From a bacterium (GTDB taxonomy: Bacteria > Patescibacteriota > Dojkabacteria > JAKAPS01 > JAJZLI01), in assembly GCA_021846685.1 (NCBI GenBank), contig JAJZWL010000001.1, forward strand, positions 387 to 64,386: a stretch of DNA of 64,000 nt, given 5' to 3'. Made by a program: the position numbers and the translations under genes. The notes beneath the pieces were generated by a model that was not told where the DNA came from, ran no database searches, and saw only the letters and a list, made by a program, of their open reading frames with translations. This document shows positions 28,101 through 38,143 of the stretch, one piece after another. Positions within the stretch are counted from its first letter, which is position 1. The number at the start of each line of letters is the position of its first letter.

Positions 28101-28495
28101 CCTCCTGACTTGTCCAAATTAGTGTGTTTTTATAAAGTTTAGGATAGTTTTATCCGCAATTCTTTAATATCATCTGTTAATTGTAGAGGTAATATTACTT
28201 TTTCTTCTGTAATTTTATTTAGTATTATTGACTCTGTAATACTTTTTAATAGTTTATTTATTTGTTTTATAGATTTCCTTTATGTAAGTTCAATGTATTT
28301 ACATATTGAAAGTGCTATGAAACATATTCGTAGATGTTTCTTTATTATTGCTTCTTTCTTGAGGTGGTATTTGACTTGGATAGAAGATTTGATTTTGCTA
28401 CCTAAATGACTTCTCTATATGCCATAGATTATTATAATGGTTTATGATAGCATCATCTGTCTCTTCATCTAAATTCGCGTAGTATCATCTTACTC
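28101..28495 (-). pseudogene. Decayed inverted remnant of an IS1634-family element: 3-prime end of a transposase gene plus a terminal inverted repeat.
   Basis: The minus strand translates to WHIEKSFR...(stops), matching WHVEKAFRITKG near the C-terminus of the intact transposase. The end sequence CCTCCTGACTTGTCCAAATTAGTGTG (28101-28126) matches the IS terminal inverted repeat. Confidence 0.5.
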
Positions 28496-28621
28496 AAAGT
28501 AATAATAGAATATATTTAAAGAAAATTATTAGAGGATTTGAAAATTAAGTAAAACTACCTATATTGATAGTAAATATAAAAAATGACCTATATAACATTA
28601 AAACTATATTCCTTATATTCT
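28496..28621 (+). repeat. 126-bp direct repeat, left copy, flanking the IS.
   Basis: Read by eye as identical to 30239-30364 over the whole 126 bp. Confidence 0.85.
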
Positions 28622-30240
28622 CCTGACTTGTCCAACTGAGTATAATAGAAAATAGTGATACTGTATTAGAGCCATAAAATGACAAAAAAGCAATAAAATG
28701 GCATACTAAGGTTGTAATGATGTGGAAAATTAGAACTACAAAGACAGGCTCTGGAAATATTGCTGTACAAGTTGTGGAGAATTCCTCCCATACTGTTAAT
28801 ATAATTAAGCATATTGGATCTGCTAAAAATGAAGAAGAGTTAGAAGATCTCAAAAAACTTGGATCTGAATATATAGAGAAACATAATCTTGATTCTGGAT
28901 TCATCCCTCTCTTTAATGATAAGAAAAGTTCATTAATATCAATAGATAACCTCTCTGTAAAAGAATCTCATCATACTTTTGCATATGAGTTTTTATCTCA
29001 TATATACAATATAAATGGATTTGATAACATTAATGATTCCATACTTCGTGATTTAGCTATCATGAGGATTCTCGAACCAGTATCCAAGGAAGAGTCAATA
29101 AGATTGCTCAAAGAATATTTTAATGTTAAATATTCACATGGAGATCTTCACAGAGGATTAAAAAGAATTCTCGAGAAGAAAGATAAGATAGAGAATGTTG
29201 CCGTAGAATATGCAAAGAAGACACTCAATTTTGATTTCTCTTTGGTATTTTATGATGTTACCAATCTGTATTTTGAATCATTTAAATCTGATGATTTTAG
29301 ACAACCTGGATTTAACAAAGATGGTAAATCTATGCAACCACAAGTTGCCATAGGACTTGTGGTAAATCAAGATGGATATCCAATAGCTATAGATATGTTT
29401 GAGGGTAAGAAGTATGAAGGACACACATTCCTCCTTGTAATATTGGGTTTAAAGGAAAAATACAATATTAAGACTCTCACAGTAGTAGCAGATGCAGGTA
29501 TGCTCTCATACAAGAATATGGAAGAGCTAAATAATGAAGGAATATCCTTCATTGTTGGAGCCAGACTCTTTCAGGTTGATCGGGATCTATTAAAAGAGAT
29601 TGTAAATAAACTTAACATGAAAGAAGGTAAATATATAGAATCAGATACAAAGTATGGAGCCTTAATATGTGATTACTCTCGCAAAAGAGCATCCAAAGAT
29701 AAATCAGATAGAGAAAAACAGATAAAGAAAGCAAATTACCATATAGAAAACCCTACAAAACATAAAAGACCAAGATTCGTACTAAAACTAGATAAAGAGA
29801 ATTTTGAGTTAAATACTGAATTAATAGAATTTGATAAGCTTAAAGAAGGAATAAAAGGATATTACACTAATCTAAACAATATATCTCCACAGTTAATAAT
29901 TTCAAGATATCATGATCTGTGGCATGTAGAAAAAGCTTTCAGGATTACAAAAGGTGATTTACAAGCAAGACCAATATTCCACAGAAAAGAAGATATGATA
30001 AAAACTCATATTCTAATAGTTTTTGTAGCACTATGTATATCTAAATTATTAGAATTAAAAACTGGATTATCCATAAAAGTCATAAAGAAAAATATATTTC
30101 CTATTGTGGATGTTGTATTAATTGATAAATTAACAAAACGAGAATTCATTAAACGTCAAGAATTTCCAGATTCTGATGTGTTTTCCAAAATCAAAGAATT
30201 ATATACATAATCCGTGCATACTAATTGGACAACTCAGGAA
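28619..30240 (+). mobile_element. Intact IS1634-family (IS4 superfamily) insertion sequence.
   Basis: Terminal inverted repeats CTCCTGACTTGTCCAACTGAGT (left) and TTCCTGAGTTGTCCAATTAGT (right, reverse complement) bracket a single 497-aa transposase ORF. Long perfect direct repeats flank it, as is typical of IS1634. Confidence 0.75.
28717..30210 (+). CDS. IS1634-family DDE transposase.
   Basis: N-terminus MMWKIRTTKTGSGNIAVQVV is typical of IS1634 transposases. 497 aa, with the C-terminal WHVEKAFR block. Confidence 0.75.
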   Translation: MMWKIRTTKTGSGNIAVQVVENSSHTVNIIKHIGSAKNEEELEDLKKLGSEYIEKHNLDSGFIPLFNDKKSSLISIDNLSVKESHHTFAYEFLSHIYNINGFDNINDSILRDLAIMRILEPVSKEESIRLLKEYFNVKYSHGDLHRGLKRILEKKDKIENVAVEYAKKTLNFDFSLVFYDVTNLYFESFKSDDFRQPGFNKDGKSMQPQVAIGLVVNQDGYPIAIDMFEGKKYEGHTFLLVILGLKEKYNIKTLTVVADAGMLSYKNMEELNNEGISFIVGARLFQVDRDLLKEIVNKLNMKEGKYIESDTKYGALICDYSRKRASKDKSDREKQIKKANYHIENPTKHKRPRFVLKLDKENFELNTELIEFDKLKEGIKGYYTNLNNISPQLIISRYHDLWHVEKAFRITKGDLQARPIFHRKEDMIKTHILIVFVALCISKLLELKTGLSIKVIKKNIFPIVDVVLIDKLTKREFIKRQEFPDSDVFSKIKELYT

Positions 30241-30364
30241 AGTAATAATAGAATATATTTAAAGAAAATTATTAGAGGATTTGAAAATTAAGTAAAACTA
30301 CCTATATTGATAGTAAATATAAAAAATGACCTATATAACATTAAAACTATATTCCTTATATTCT
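30239..30364 (+). repeat. 126-bp direct repeat, right copy, flanking the IS.
   Basis: Read by eye as identical to 28496-28621 over the whole 126 bp. Confidence 0.85.
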
Positions 30365-30389
30365 AGGTGGTCATATGAAATTTAAATTG

Positions 30390-30671
30390 CTATATTTTTT
30401 CAACCCTTATTTTTAAATCTTTAATCTCTTCAGGATAATTTTTCTGTAATATTTCTATTATTTCAAATTTTCTTAATAGAATTTCTTGTGCAATATTAGG
30501 ATTATTTGATATTAACCTTATATTCCCCTTTTTTGTGTTTTTTAATTTAATATTTTTTTTTACTTTAAATTGTAAAATTTTTTCTATGGAGTTGTATATC
30601 AAATCTCTTTTTTTTATTTTTTCATTAATATCTGAAATAGAGAGAGTATCTATTTTTATTTTTTTAAGCAT
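30390..30671 (-). CDS. Small basic hypothetical protein.
   Basis: 93-aa ORF that overlaps the upstream gene by 8 nt. Confidence 0.35.
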   Translation of the reverse strand: MLKKIKIDTLSISDINEKIKKRDLIYNSIEKILQFKVKKNIKLKNTKKGNIRLISNNPNIAQEILLRKFEIIEILQKNYPEEIKDLKIRVEKI

Positions 30672-31044
30672 TTGATATTTTTTTTATAAAGTCATTAGCT
30701 TTTGAGTATCTGTCATCTTTTGTAAATTTAAACATATTCAATATATCATCAGATGATATAGAATCTTTTCCTGCAAACTGTTTAATTTCTGAAGAATCTA
30801 AATCTATATTTAATCTGTATTTATTAATCATATTATTAAGAGGTTTTACAACATAAAAAATACTTTTTGTAAGGCAATTATCGCACATAAGATATACAAT
30901 AGTTAAATTTTCATTTTTATCTATCAATTCAACCATTCCTTTATCTTGATATGCTCCGCATTTATCACAATATAAAGGAATCATGTCGAGTATATCTTTT
31001 AAATCTTTATTTGGACTTTTCTTTTTTTTATTTGATTTATCCAT
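30664..31044 (-). CDS. Zinc-ribbon-containing hypothetical protein.
   Basis: Two CxxC pairs (CDKC and CDNC) about 28 aa apart. Lys-rich N-terminus. Confidence 0.4.
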   Translation of the reverse strand: MDKSNKKKKSPNKDLKDILDMIPLYCDKCGAYQDKGMVELIDKNENLTIVYLMCDNCLTKSIFYVVKPLNNMINKYRLNIDLDSSEIKQFAGKDSISSDDILNMFKFTKDDRYSKANDFIKKISNA

Positions 31045-31067
31045 ATGTATTAATTATATATCTTTTG

Positions 31068-32183
31068 TCAATTATTTAGTACCTTAGATTTATTTTTATT
31101 AGATATATGGGTTATAGATACTACAACTATAAATATAAATATAATAATAAATGCAAGTATTATAGCTTTATGAAACCCTGTAATAATTAATGCAATTAGT
31201 CCTAATATAAATGTAAACGAATATTCTATTAAAGCAACCTTTTTTTGAGAGAAACCTAAGTCTAAAAGTCTATGATGCAGATGTCTTTTATCATTAATAT
31301 TTATTAAAGATAGCAGTGACTTTGGTCTATCCTCTATTATTCTTGATATTATTACCCAGACTAAATCTATTATAGGAATTGCTAATACCATTAAAGTAGA
31401 CGCTAGTTTAGCTCCTGAATAAATTGAAAGAACTGCAATAATAAAACCATATACACTTTTCCCAGAAGCTCCTGAAAAAATTTTTGAAGGATAAAAATTA
31501 TAAAAAAGAAAACCTATCATTAATCCAGCAAATATAAATCCCATAAAAGCCGTATTAAAAGTTTGAAATCTAATAGAAAGGAGAGCTATTATCATGGCTA
31601 TAATAGAGATATTTCCTTCAGCAAGTCCATCGGATCCGGCCATCCACTTTACAGCATTTATTATTATTAATACCCAGATTATAGTTAAAAATAAAGATAC
31701 AAAATAAAGATGTACTCCTAAAAATTCAAAAGGGATTTTATTAAGAGAAAAAATTCCACCAAGAGGTTTTGATACATAATTAATATCTATTCCTGCAAAA
31801 GTAATTATTAAAACAGCCAAAACTTGGATCATAAATTGTATCTTTGCACTCAGGTCATAGATATCGTCTATTATCCCTCCTATGAATAAAATTATTATAC
31901 CTATAGCAAACACTACTAAGTCTATATTAATTTTAATATAAATAAAGATTAAAATTAAAAACGGAATAATAACAGAGACTCCTCCAAGTTTTAATTTTGC
32001 TGAATCATGAATTCTTCTTTTTGCGGTACTGTCTTTTCTTTCAGAAGGAGGTAAATCATACACTTTAAATTTTCTAGCAATAGAGCCTATAATTGGGGTA
32101 AGTAATAGAGATATAAATATAGATTCTATAAAAATAGGTAAAAAATATATGTATTTAAAGTAAGAAATAAGTAAGTTGCTCAT
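31068..32183 (-). CDS. Family 4 glycosyltransferase: polyprenyl-phosphate N-acetylhexosamine-1-phosphate transferase (MraY/WecA family).
   Basis: Polytopic, 10 or more TM helices. IIDDIYDL is the family DDxxD motif. 371 aa. Confidence 0.7.
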   Translation of the reverse strand: MSNLLISYFKYIYFLPIFIESIFISLLLTPIIGSIARKFKVYDLPPSERKDSTAKRRIHDSAKLKLGGVSVIIPFLILIFIYIKINIDLVVFAIGIIILFIGGIIDDIYDLSAKIQFMIQVLAVLIITFAGIDINYVSKPLGGIFSLNKIPFEFLGVHLYFVSLFLTIIWVLIIINAVKWMAGSDGLAEGNISIIAMIIALLSIRFQTFNTAFMGFIFAGLMIGFLFYNFYPSKIFSGASGKSVYGFIIAVLSIYSGAKLASTLMVLAIPIIDLVWVIISRIIEDRPKSLLSLININDKRHLHHRLLDLGFSQKKVALIEYSFTFILGLIALIITGFHKAIILAFIIIFIFIVVVSITHISNKNKSKVLNN

Positions 32184-32617
32184 ATAACTATTTGTAATAT
32201 TTTATATATATCTAATATTATTAAAAAGTTTACAACGAGGCCTAGAGTATTTACAAGGAAATACATTCTTTTAAGCTTGTAGTAGGTTTTATATGAGATA
32301 TAAAATAGGACTAAGAAACATGAAATTAAAAAAATTAAAGGAATAAAAAATACAATTTTAGGATAAAGTGTAAAATTATTATTTAGAAGTAATAATGGAA
32401 TTTTATTACTTAATAATGGATAGTAATAGATAGTAAAAAAAGTATATATAATTATAAATAATAAATTTAAGGAGATATATATCCAGGTATAGAAATTTTT
32501 CCAGAAAGATATGAGCATTAATTGATCTATTATATTAGAAAATGTTTTTCTATTATTCTCTATAATTGAAGAATTTTTAATATCTAAAGGTATTTGATCT
32601 ATTTTCCCGTAATTCAT
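32180..32617 (-). CDS. Small polytopic membrane protein.
   Basis: Four hydrophobic segments. 4-nt overlap with the GT4 gene. Confidence 0.4.
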   Translation of the reverse strand: MNYGKIDQIPLDIKNSSIIENNRKTFSNIIDQLMLISFWKNFYTWIYISLNLLFIIIYTFFTIYYYPLLSNKIPLLLLNNNFTLYPKIVFFIPLIFLISCFLVLFYISYKTYYKLKRMYFLVNTLGLVVNFLIILDIYKILQIVI

Positions 32618-32630
32618 AGATATTAGTATA

Positions 32631-34685
32631 TCATAAGAATTTATTTATGTTATTGATGGACTTATTAGTTATATATATGTAGATATTTTTATTTATATTG
32701 CTTTCTAACATACTCATTATTAATAATTTTTTATTAGAAAGTAATATTCCTTTAATAAAATTAGGATTTTTATCAATAGTACTTATATTTGTATATATGG
32801 ATTTGTTAATATAGATTACTCCAGAATTAGATGTTTTAAACGCATTATTTACAAGAGTAGATATTGCATCTGATTTTAGTGGTAATGATTGTATGTTTGA
32901 GGTTGTATTTAAATCTCCTGCATTTGGAGAGTCTATTATTTTTACTATGTTTCCATTTTTTATACTTATAAATTCATATTGAGATATAGTTATATTTCTT
33001 ATTCCTGTATTATTTTTGGTTGTGTAGAAAACGAGCGTATAATTTTTATTCCCAGAGAGCATTTCATAAATAGCAAGAGCATTGTTGTTGGTATTTTGTA
33101 TGTATAGTTTGTTGTTGAGTGCTAACTTTGATATATAAGTATAGTACGAAGTTTTAAATCCTGAGCTTAAAAGATTTAGGTTATTAATTTGTTTATTTTC
33201 ATATTTTAAATTAGTAACATTATATGCAGAAGATAGTGAGGATATTTTATTATTGTAAGAGAGATTATAATAATAATTATTTATATTTTTATTTTGAAAT
33301 AGAGATTGTTTAACCGACTGACTTATATTTAATGAAATTTTAAATGTTTTATAAAAATTATTATAAAAAGGTAAGTATTTAAAAGCATTATATGTAATAG
33401 ATAAAAGATTTATAGTTTTTTGCTCTGAGCTAATTAGTTTATTATTTTGTACATTTAAAGATTGATTGCTCTGAGTATTAAAAGTAGAAACTTCTTGAAT
33501 TAAGATATTTTTTGAATTCTCATAATTTACGATTATAAGGGCTGTATATATAATAAATGCGACTAAAATTATGGCTATAAAGGACATTAAATAGAGTAAT
33601 TTTTTCTTGTGATTCCTTGGTTTTCTGTCTATTAGTCTTGTTGTATTATTTTCATTAAGATAATTATTTTTTATATTATCAAAATCTAACATATCTATAC
33701 CTCTGTTTTTATTATCTTGAATTTTTTTAACTTTCTCTTCAGTTTTAATGTCATCTATGTGAGTTTTAATATTTTTGATATTAGAAGTATTATTTATCAA
33801 ATAAGAGAGCTTATCTCCTATCACTTTTCTTATGCCTTCCTCAAATACTGTCTTAATTTCCCAGTCATCTAAAATATTAATAGGGTTTTTTATTCTATCT
33901 TCTATCTTTCTGTCTCTAGGCTCTATACTTATTACTGGAAATCCAGTTAAATCAGATATTCTAAATGCTAATGATATATTTGAAATATCTTCTTTATTAG
34001 AGAGAGTAAAGACCCCACTTTTTTGAGAAAATAATATATTAAAAAGTCCAGATACTGCATCGTCTATATAAACATAGTGGAAGAAAGAATGTTCTTTTTT
34101 TATTTTAATTTTTTCTTCCCTTTTTATGCTCTCTAAGATGCTATTAATTGAGTTTTTTACAAAAGTATCTAAATTCTCTCCATATACCTCTGCAATTTTG
34201 ACTAAAGAAACTTTTGTTTCTTCTTGTTCTTTGATAACTTTATTTTCCACAGAACTTTGATACTCATTAAAAGCTGGAGCTTCTTTTTTATTTAAGCTTA
34301 CTGTAACAAGAGCTTTTGTTTGGTATAATTTGGAAATTTCAAAAAAGACATCCAATAGGGCCAAGTTTTTTTCAATATTTAATTCTCCTTCATATTCAAA
34401 ATTTGCTAAAAATATAGAAAAATTTATATCTGAGACACTTCTTAATATATCATCATAATTTATAGAAGACATAGTATCTATTATTTTAATTTCTCCATTT
34501 GTATTTTTATTTAGAGATTGGATATTTCTTATATTTACTGTATTTTTTTTGGTAACTTCGTCGAGAATTAATACATTTCCCCCGTTTTGAGATATATTAG
34601 TTGATAATTTTTCTCCTAAAAAATTTAATCCTTGAAAGATTACAGTTGTAGGTAACTTTTTATGAAAAAAATTTTTGTATTGCAT
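32631..34685 (-). CDS. Fusion protein: degenerate NAD-dependent epimerase/dehydratase-like N-terminal domain, a TM helix, and an Asn-rich extracytoplasmic domain.
   Basis: TVIFQGLNFLGEKL sits where a Rossmann glycine motif would be, and YVYIDDAVSGL resembles the epimerase YVDD region. A TM helix follows at LLYLMSFIAIILVAFIIY, and the C-terminal half is Asn/Ser/Tyr-rich. Confidence 0.4.
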   Translation of the reverse strand: MQYKNFFHKKLPTTVIFQGLNFLGEKLSTNISQNGGNVLILDEVTKKNTVNIRNIQSLNKNTNGEIKIIDTMSSINYDDILRSVSDINFSIFLANFEYEGELNIEKNLALLDVFFEISKLYQTKALVTVSLNKKEAPAFNEYQSSVENKVIKEQEETKVSLVKIAEVYGENLDTFVKNSINSILESIKREEKIKIKKEHSFFHYVYIDDAVSGLFNILFSQKSGVFTLSNKEDISNISLAFRISDLTGFPVISIEPRDRKIEDRIKNPINILDDWEIKTVFEEGIRKVIGDKLSYLINNTSNIKNIKTHIDDIKTEEKVKKIQDNKNRGIDMLDFDNIKNNYLNENNTTRLIDRKPRNHKKKLLYLMSFIAIILVAFIIYTALIIVNYENSKNILIQEVSTFNTQSNQSLNVQNNKLISSEQKTINLLSITYNAFKYLPFYNNFYKTFKISLNISQSVKQSLFQNKNINNYYYNLSYNNKISSLSSAYNVTNLKYENKQINNLNLLSSGFKTSYYTYISKLALNNKLYIQNTNNNALAIYEMLSGNKNYTLVFYTTKNNTGIRNITISQYEFISIKNGNIVKIIDSPNAGDLNTTSNIQSLPLKSDAISTLVNNAFKTSNSGVIYINKSIYTNISTIDKNPNFIKGILLSNKKLLIMSMLESNINKNIYIYITNKSINNINKFL

Positions 34686-34777
34686 TATATAAAAAGATTA
34701 CCAGTTTTCAGTCTGTATGTAAATTATTAAGGACTTTTCTTAACTTAATCCTGTATTTTTTATGATATTAATTACAG

Positions 34778-34807
34778 TTGACAAGTAAATGCCTTGAGTG
34801 CTAATAT
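34778..34807 (+). promoter_or_regulatory. hrcA promoter with a CIRCE half-site.
   Basis: TTGACA (34778-34783), an 18-nt spacer, then TAATAT (34802-34807). GAGTGCTAA (34796-34804) is the right half of the CIRCE consensus. The left half is degenerate. Confidence 0.4.
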
Positions 34808-34838
34808 ATTATCAATTAACTTATTTGATTGCCAGAAT

Positions 34839-35561
34839 ATGACTCCAAGACAAGCTAAAATTCTTGAGTGTGTGATATTAGAGTATATGGAAACTGCTCA
34901 GGCTGTAGGGTCTGTCTCTATGGCAAATAAATATGGAATTAATGTATCTCCTGCTACTATAAGGAATGAAATGGCAAGTTTAATAACTCAAGGATTTTTG
35001 TCTAAAGAACATTTTTCTTCTGGAAGAATTCCTACAATAGTTGGCTTTAGATATTACATTGATAATATTCTTTTAGAAGAAGAGATGAATTATTTGCAGG
35101 AAATGGAAATAAAAGAAAAATTGCATGCAGTAAGATTTCAAAAGGAAAAGATATTAAGAAGTGCCGTAGATTCTTTGTCAAAATCTTTAAAATATACAGC
35201 AATAGCTTTGGCTTCAGATTCTATTTATTATTCAGGAATTTCAGAAATTCTAGATTATCCTGAATTTGAAGATATCTCTGTATTAAGAAATATGATATCT
35301 GTTATTGAGAATTATGAAATATTAGAAAGCATTTTTGATAAAGGGAATAAATATGAAGGTGGAGTTAAAATTCTTATGGGAGAAGAAACAGGATTTAATA
35401 GTTTTAATTCTTGTTCAATTGCTTATACAGGATTTAGATTTCATAGAGGAGATCAGGGGTACCTTGCTGTTATAGGTCCTTTTAGAATGGAGTATAAAAA
35501 GGTTCTACCTTATTTAAAATATACTGCAGAAGTTTTAGAAGAGTCTACCTCTGGGTGGTAA
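34839..35561 (+). CDS. hrcA: Heat-inducible transcription repressor HrcA.
   Basis: N-terminus MTPRQAKILECVILEYMETAQAVGS is HrcA winged-helix-like. It sits upstream of grpE-dnaK. The ORF-track TTG start at 34794 is probably too early; the ATG at 34839 is preferred. Confidence 0.8.
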   Translation: MTPRQAKILECVILEYMETAQAVGSVSMANKYGINVSPATIRNEMASLITQGFLSKEHFSSGRIPTIVGFRYYIDNILLEEEMNYLQEMEIKEKLHAVRFQKEKILRSAVDSLSKSLKYTAIALASDSIYYSGISEILDYPEFEDISVLRNMISVIENYEILESIFDKGNKYEGGVKILMGEETGFNSFNSCSIAYTGFRFHRGDQGYLAVIGPFRMEYKKVLPYLKYTAEVLEESTSGW

Positions 35562-35582
35562 TAATATTAGTTAAAAAAAATT

Positions 35583-36131
35583 ATGGCAAATAAAAAAGTA
35601 AAAGAAAACATTAAAAAAGAAACAAAAGAACCTATTGCAGAGGATGAAATAATAGAAGAATTGGATGTTAAAGAGAGTGAAATAAACGTTTTAAAAAAGG
35701 AGAATGAGGATTTAGAAGTAAAACTTAAATCTGCTTTATCTGATTATCAAAACTTTAAAAGAAGAGTAGATACAGAAAAAGATAATAATATAAATGTTAT
35801 TAATAATATTCTTTTAAAAGAGTTTCTAAATGTTTTAGATAATATTTATCTTTATATGAAACACTTAGAAAAGAATAATAATGTTGAGGAGGCAGTTCTT
35901 TCAGGTATAAAAATGATTTATGATCAATGTAATGAAGTTGTTGTCTCTCAAGGACTTTCTGTAGAAGAAGTAAAGGAAGGAGATTTAGTATCTCCCCTAC
36001 TTCATGAAGTAGTAGGGACTGTAATAGGAGAGAAGGAGAATGTAATAACTGAGGTTGTAAGGGTCGGTTATATGAAGGATGGTAGGGTTGTAAGACCTGC
36101 GAGAGTTATTGCTGTGAAGAAAGAAGTTTAA
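35583..36131 (+). CDS. grpE: Nucleotide exchange factor GrpE.
   Basis: Coiled-coil N-terminus and a GrpE-like C-terminus. Located between hrcA and dnaK. Confidence 0.8.
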   Translation: MANKKVKENIKKETKEPIAEDEIIEELDVKESEINVLKKENEDLEVKLKSALSDYQNFKRRVDTEKDNNINVINNILLKEFLNVLDNIYLYMKHLEKNNNVEEAVLSGIKMIYDQCNEVVVSQGLSVEEVKEGDLVSPLLHEVVGTVIGEKENVITEVVRVGYMKDGRVVRPARVIAVKKEV

Positions 36132-36154
36132 TTTATTTTAGTTTTTTATTAATT

Positions 36155-38092
36155 ATGTCAAAAATATTAGGAATCGATTTAGGAACAACAAATTCAGCTA
36201 TGGCCTTTATGGAAGGTGGAGAGCCAGTAGTTATAACTAACTCTGAAGGAGCTAGAACAACACCTTCTGTGGTAGCTATACTTCCAGATAAATCAAGGTC
36301 TGTAGGTGTTAGTGCTAAAAATCAAATGGTTTTGAATCCTAAGCAAACTTTTTATTCTATAAAAAGATTGATAGGAAGGTCTTTTGATGATGAAGAAGTT
36401 CAAAGAGATATTAAAGTTTTTCCTTTTGAGCTTAAAAAATCTTCTACGGGAGGTGTAGAAATTAAGGTAGGTGAAGAGTGGTTAGCTCCAGAAGCTATAT
36501 CTGCAATGGTACTTTCTAAGCTTAAGACAGATGCAGAAGCTTTCTTAGGAGAAAAGATTACAGAAGCTGTTATTACAGTGCCTGCATATTTTGATGATTC
36601 TCAAAGGCAAGCTACTAAAAATGCAGGAAAAATAGCAGGTTTAGATGTAAAAAGAATTATTAATGAGCCTACTTCTGCAGCATTAGCTTATGGTTTTGAT
36701 AAAAAGGGAGAAAAAACTATTGTTGTTTATGATTTAGGAGGAGGAACTTTTGATGTGTCTGTTTTAGAGTTGGGTGACGGAATTTTTGAAGTTATATCTA
36801 CAAATGGAGATACTCATTTAGGAGGAGATGATTTTGATAGAAGAATTATTGATTTTATTGCAGATGATTTTAAAAAGACAAATGGAATTGATCTAAGAAG
36901 TGATTCCGCAGCATTGCAAAGATTAAAAGAGGCAGCAGAAAAGGCAAAAATAGAGCTTTCGTCTACAAATCAAGCTCAAGTCAATATTCCTTTTATAACG
37001 TCTGATTCTAATGGTCCAAAACATTTAAATATGACTATAACACGGGCACAGTTAGAGTCTTTGGTAAAGGATTTAGTTGACGAAACTATGGAGCCTGTAA
37101 AAAAAGCATTAAGTGATGCAAAAAAAACAGTTTCTGATATAAATGAAATTATATTAGTTGGTGGTATGACAAGAATGCCTGCAATTTCAGATGCAGTAAA
37201 AAATTTCTTCAAAAAAGAACCTAACAAGAGTGTTAATCCTGATGAAGTTGTTGCAATTGGAGCTGCTGTACAAGGAGGAGTTTTATCAGGAGATGTAAGA
37301 GATGTAACTTTATTAGATGTTACTCCTTTATCTTTAGGGATAGAAACATTAGGGGGAGTTTCTACTAAAATAATAGAGAGAAATTCTACTATTCCTATTC
37401 AGAAGAAACAAGTGTTTACAACAGCTGCTGACTCACAAACTTCTGTAGAAATCCATATTTTACAAGGAGAAAGAGAATTTGCAAAAGATAATAAAACTTT
37501 AGGTAGATTTATTTTAGACGGAATTGCTTCTGCAAAAAGAGGAGTTCCTCAAATAGAAGTAGCTTTTGATATAGATGCAAACGGTATTCTTAAAGTATTG
37601 GCTCAAGATAAAGCTACAGGAAAAGAGCAACATATAACAATTACAGCAAATACTTCTCTTTCTGATTCTGAGGTAGAAAAATTATTAAAAGAAGCAAAGG
37701 AACATGAAGAAGAGGATAGGAAAAAGAAAGAATTGATAGATATTAAGAATTCTGCAGAGACAGTAGCATTTTCGGCAGAAACATTCTTAAATGAAAACAA
37801 AGATAAGATAGCTCAAGATAAACAAGATGAATTAAGTTCTAAAATAACAGAGTTAAGAGATCTTGCTACTAAAGATGATACAGATAAGGAGTCTGTAGAG
37901 AAATCTCTGTCAGAATTAGAAAGTTTAATGCAAGATATTGGGACAAATATGAATCAACAGGCACCTTCTGATACTCCAAATGGAGAAGAAACCCCTACAA
38001 ACGAAGGTGAAGGAGATTCAGGAAGCACAGACGGAGGAGAAAGTTCAGATACTCCACCAGAAGATGAAGTAAAAGAGGGAGAAGTTCTTTGA
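36155..38092 (+). CDS. dnaK: Molecular chaperone DnaK (Hsp70).
   Basis: [19 protein letters not shown] and further Hsp70 signatures. 645 aa. Confidence 0.95.
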   Translation: MSKILGIDLGTTNSAMAFMEGGEPVVITNSEGARTTPSVVAILPDKSRSVGVSAKNQMVLNPKQTFYSIKRLIGRSFDDEEVQRDIKVFPFELKKSSTGGVEIKVGEEWLAPEAISAMVLSKLKTDAEAFLGEKITEAVITVPAYFDDSQRQATKNAGKIAGLDVKRIINEPTSAALAYGFDKKGEKTIVVYDLGGGTFDVSVLELGDGIFEVISTNGDTHLGGDDFDRRIIDFIADDFKKTNGIDLRSDSAALQRLKEAAEKAKIELSSTNQAQVNIPFITSDSNGPKHLNMTITRAQLESLVKDLVDETMEPVKKALSDAKKTVSDINEIILVGGMTRMPAISDAVKNFFKKEPNKSVNPDEVVAIGAAVQGGVLSGDVRDVTLLDVTPLSLGIETLGGVSTKIIERNSTIPIQKKQVFTTAADSQTSVEIHILQGEREFAKDNKTLGRFILDGIASAKRGVPQIEVAFDIDANGILKVLAQDKATGKEQHITITANTSLSDSEVEKLLKEAKEHEEEDRKKKELIDIKNSAETVAFSAETFLNENKDKIAQDKQDELSSKITELRDLATKDDTDKESVEKSLSELESLMQDIGTNMNQQAPSDTPNGEETPTNEGEGDSGSTDGGESSDTPPEDEVKEGEVL

Positions 38093-38109
38093 GATAAAAT
38101 AGTATAGTA

Positions 38110-38143
38110 TTGAGTAAGGGGGCTTTAGTGTTCCCTTGCTCAA
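38110..38143 (+). terminator. Stable hairpin after dnaK (11-bp stem, no U tract).
   Basis: TTGAGTAAGGG pairs with CCCTTGCTCAA, including one G-U pair, around a 12-nt loop. Confidence 0.3.

Noticed and set aside
28545-28904. 119-aa minus-strand ORF across the IS left end.
   Set aside because: It spans the IS inverted repeat and direct repeat and lies antisense to the transposase start. Random ORF.
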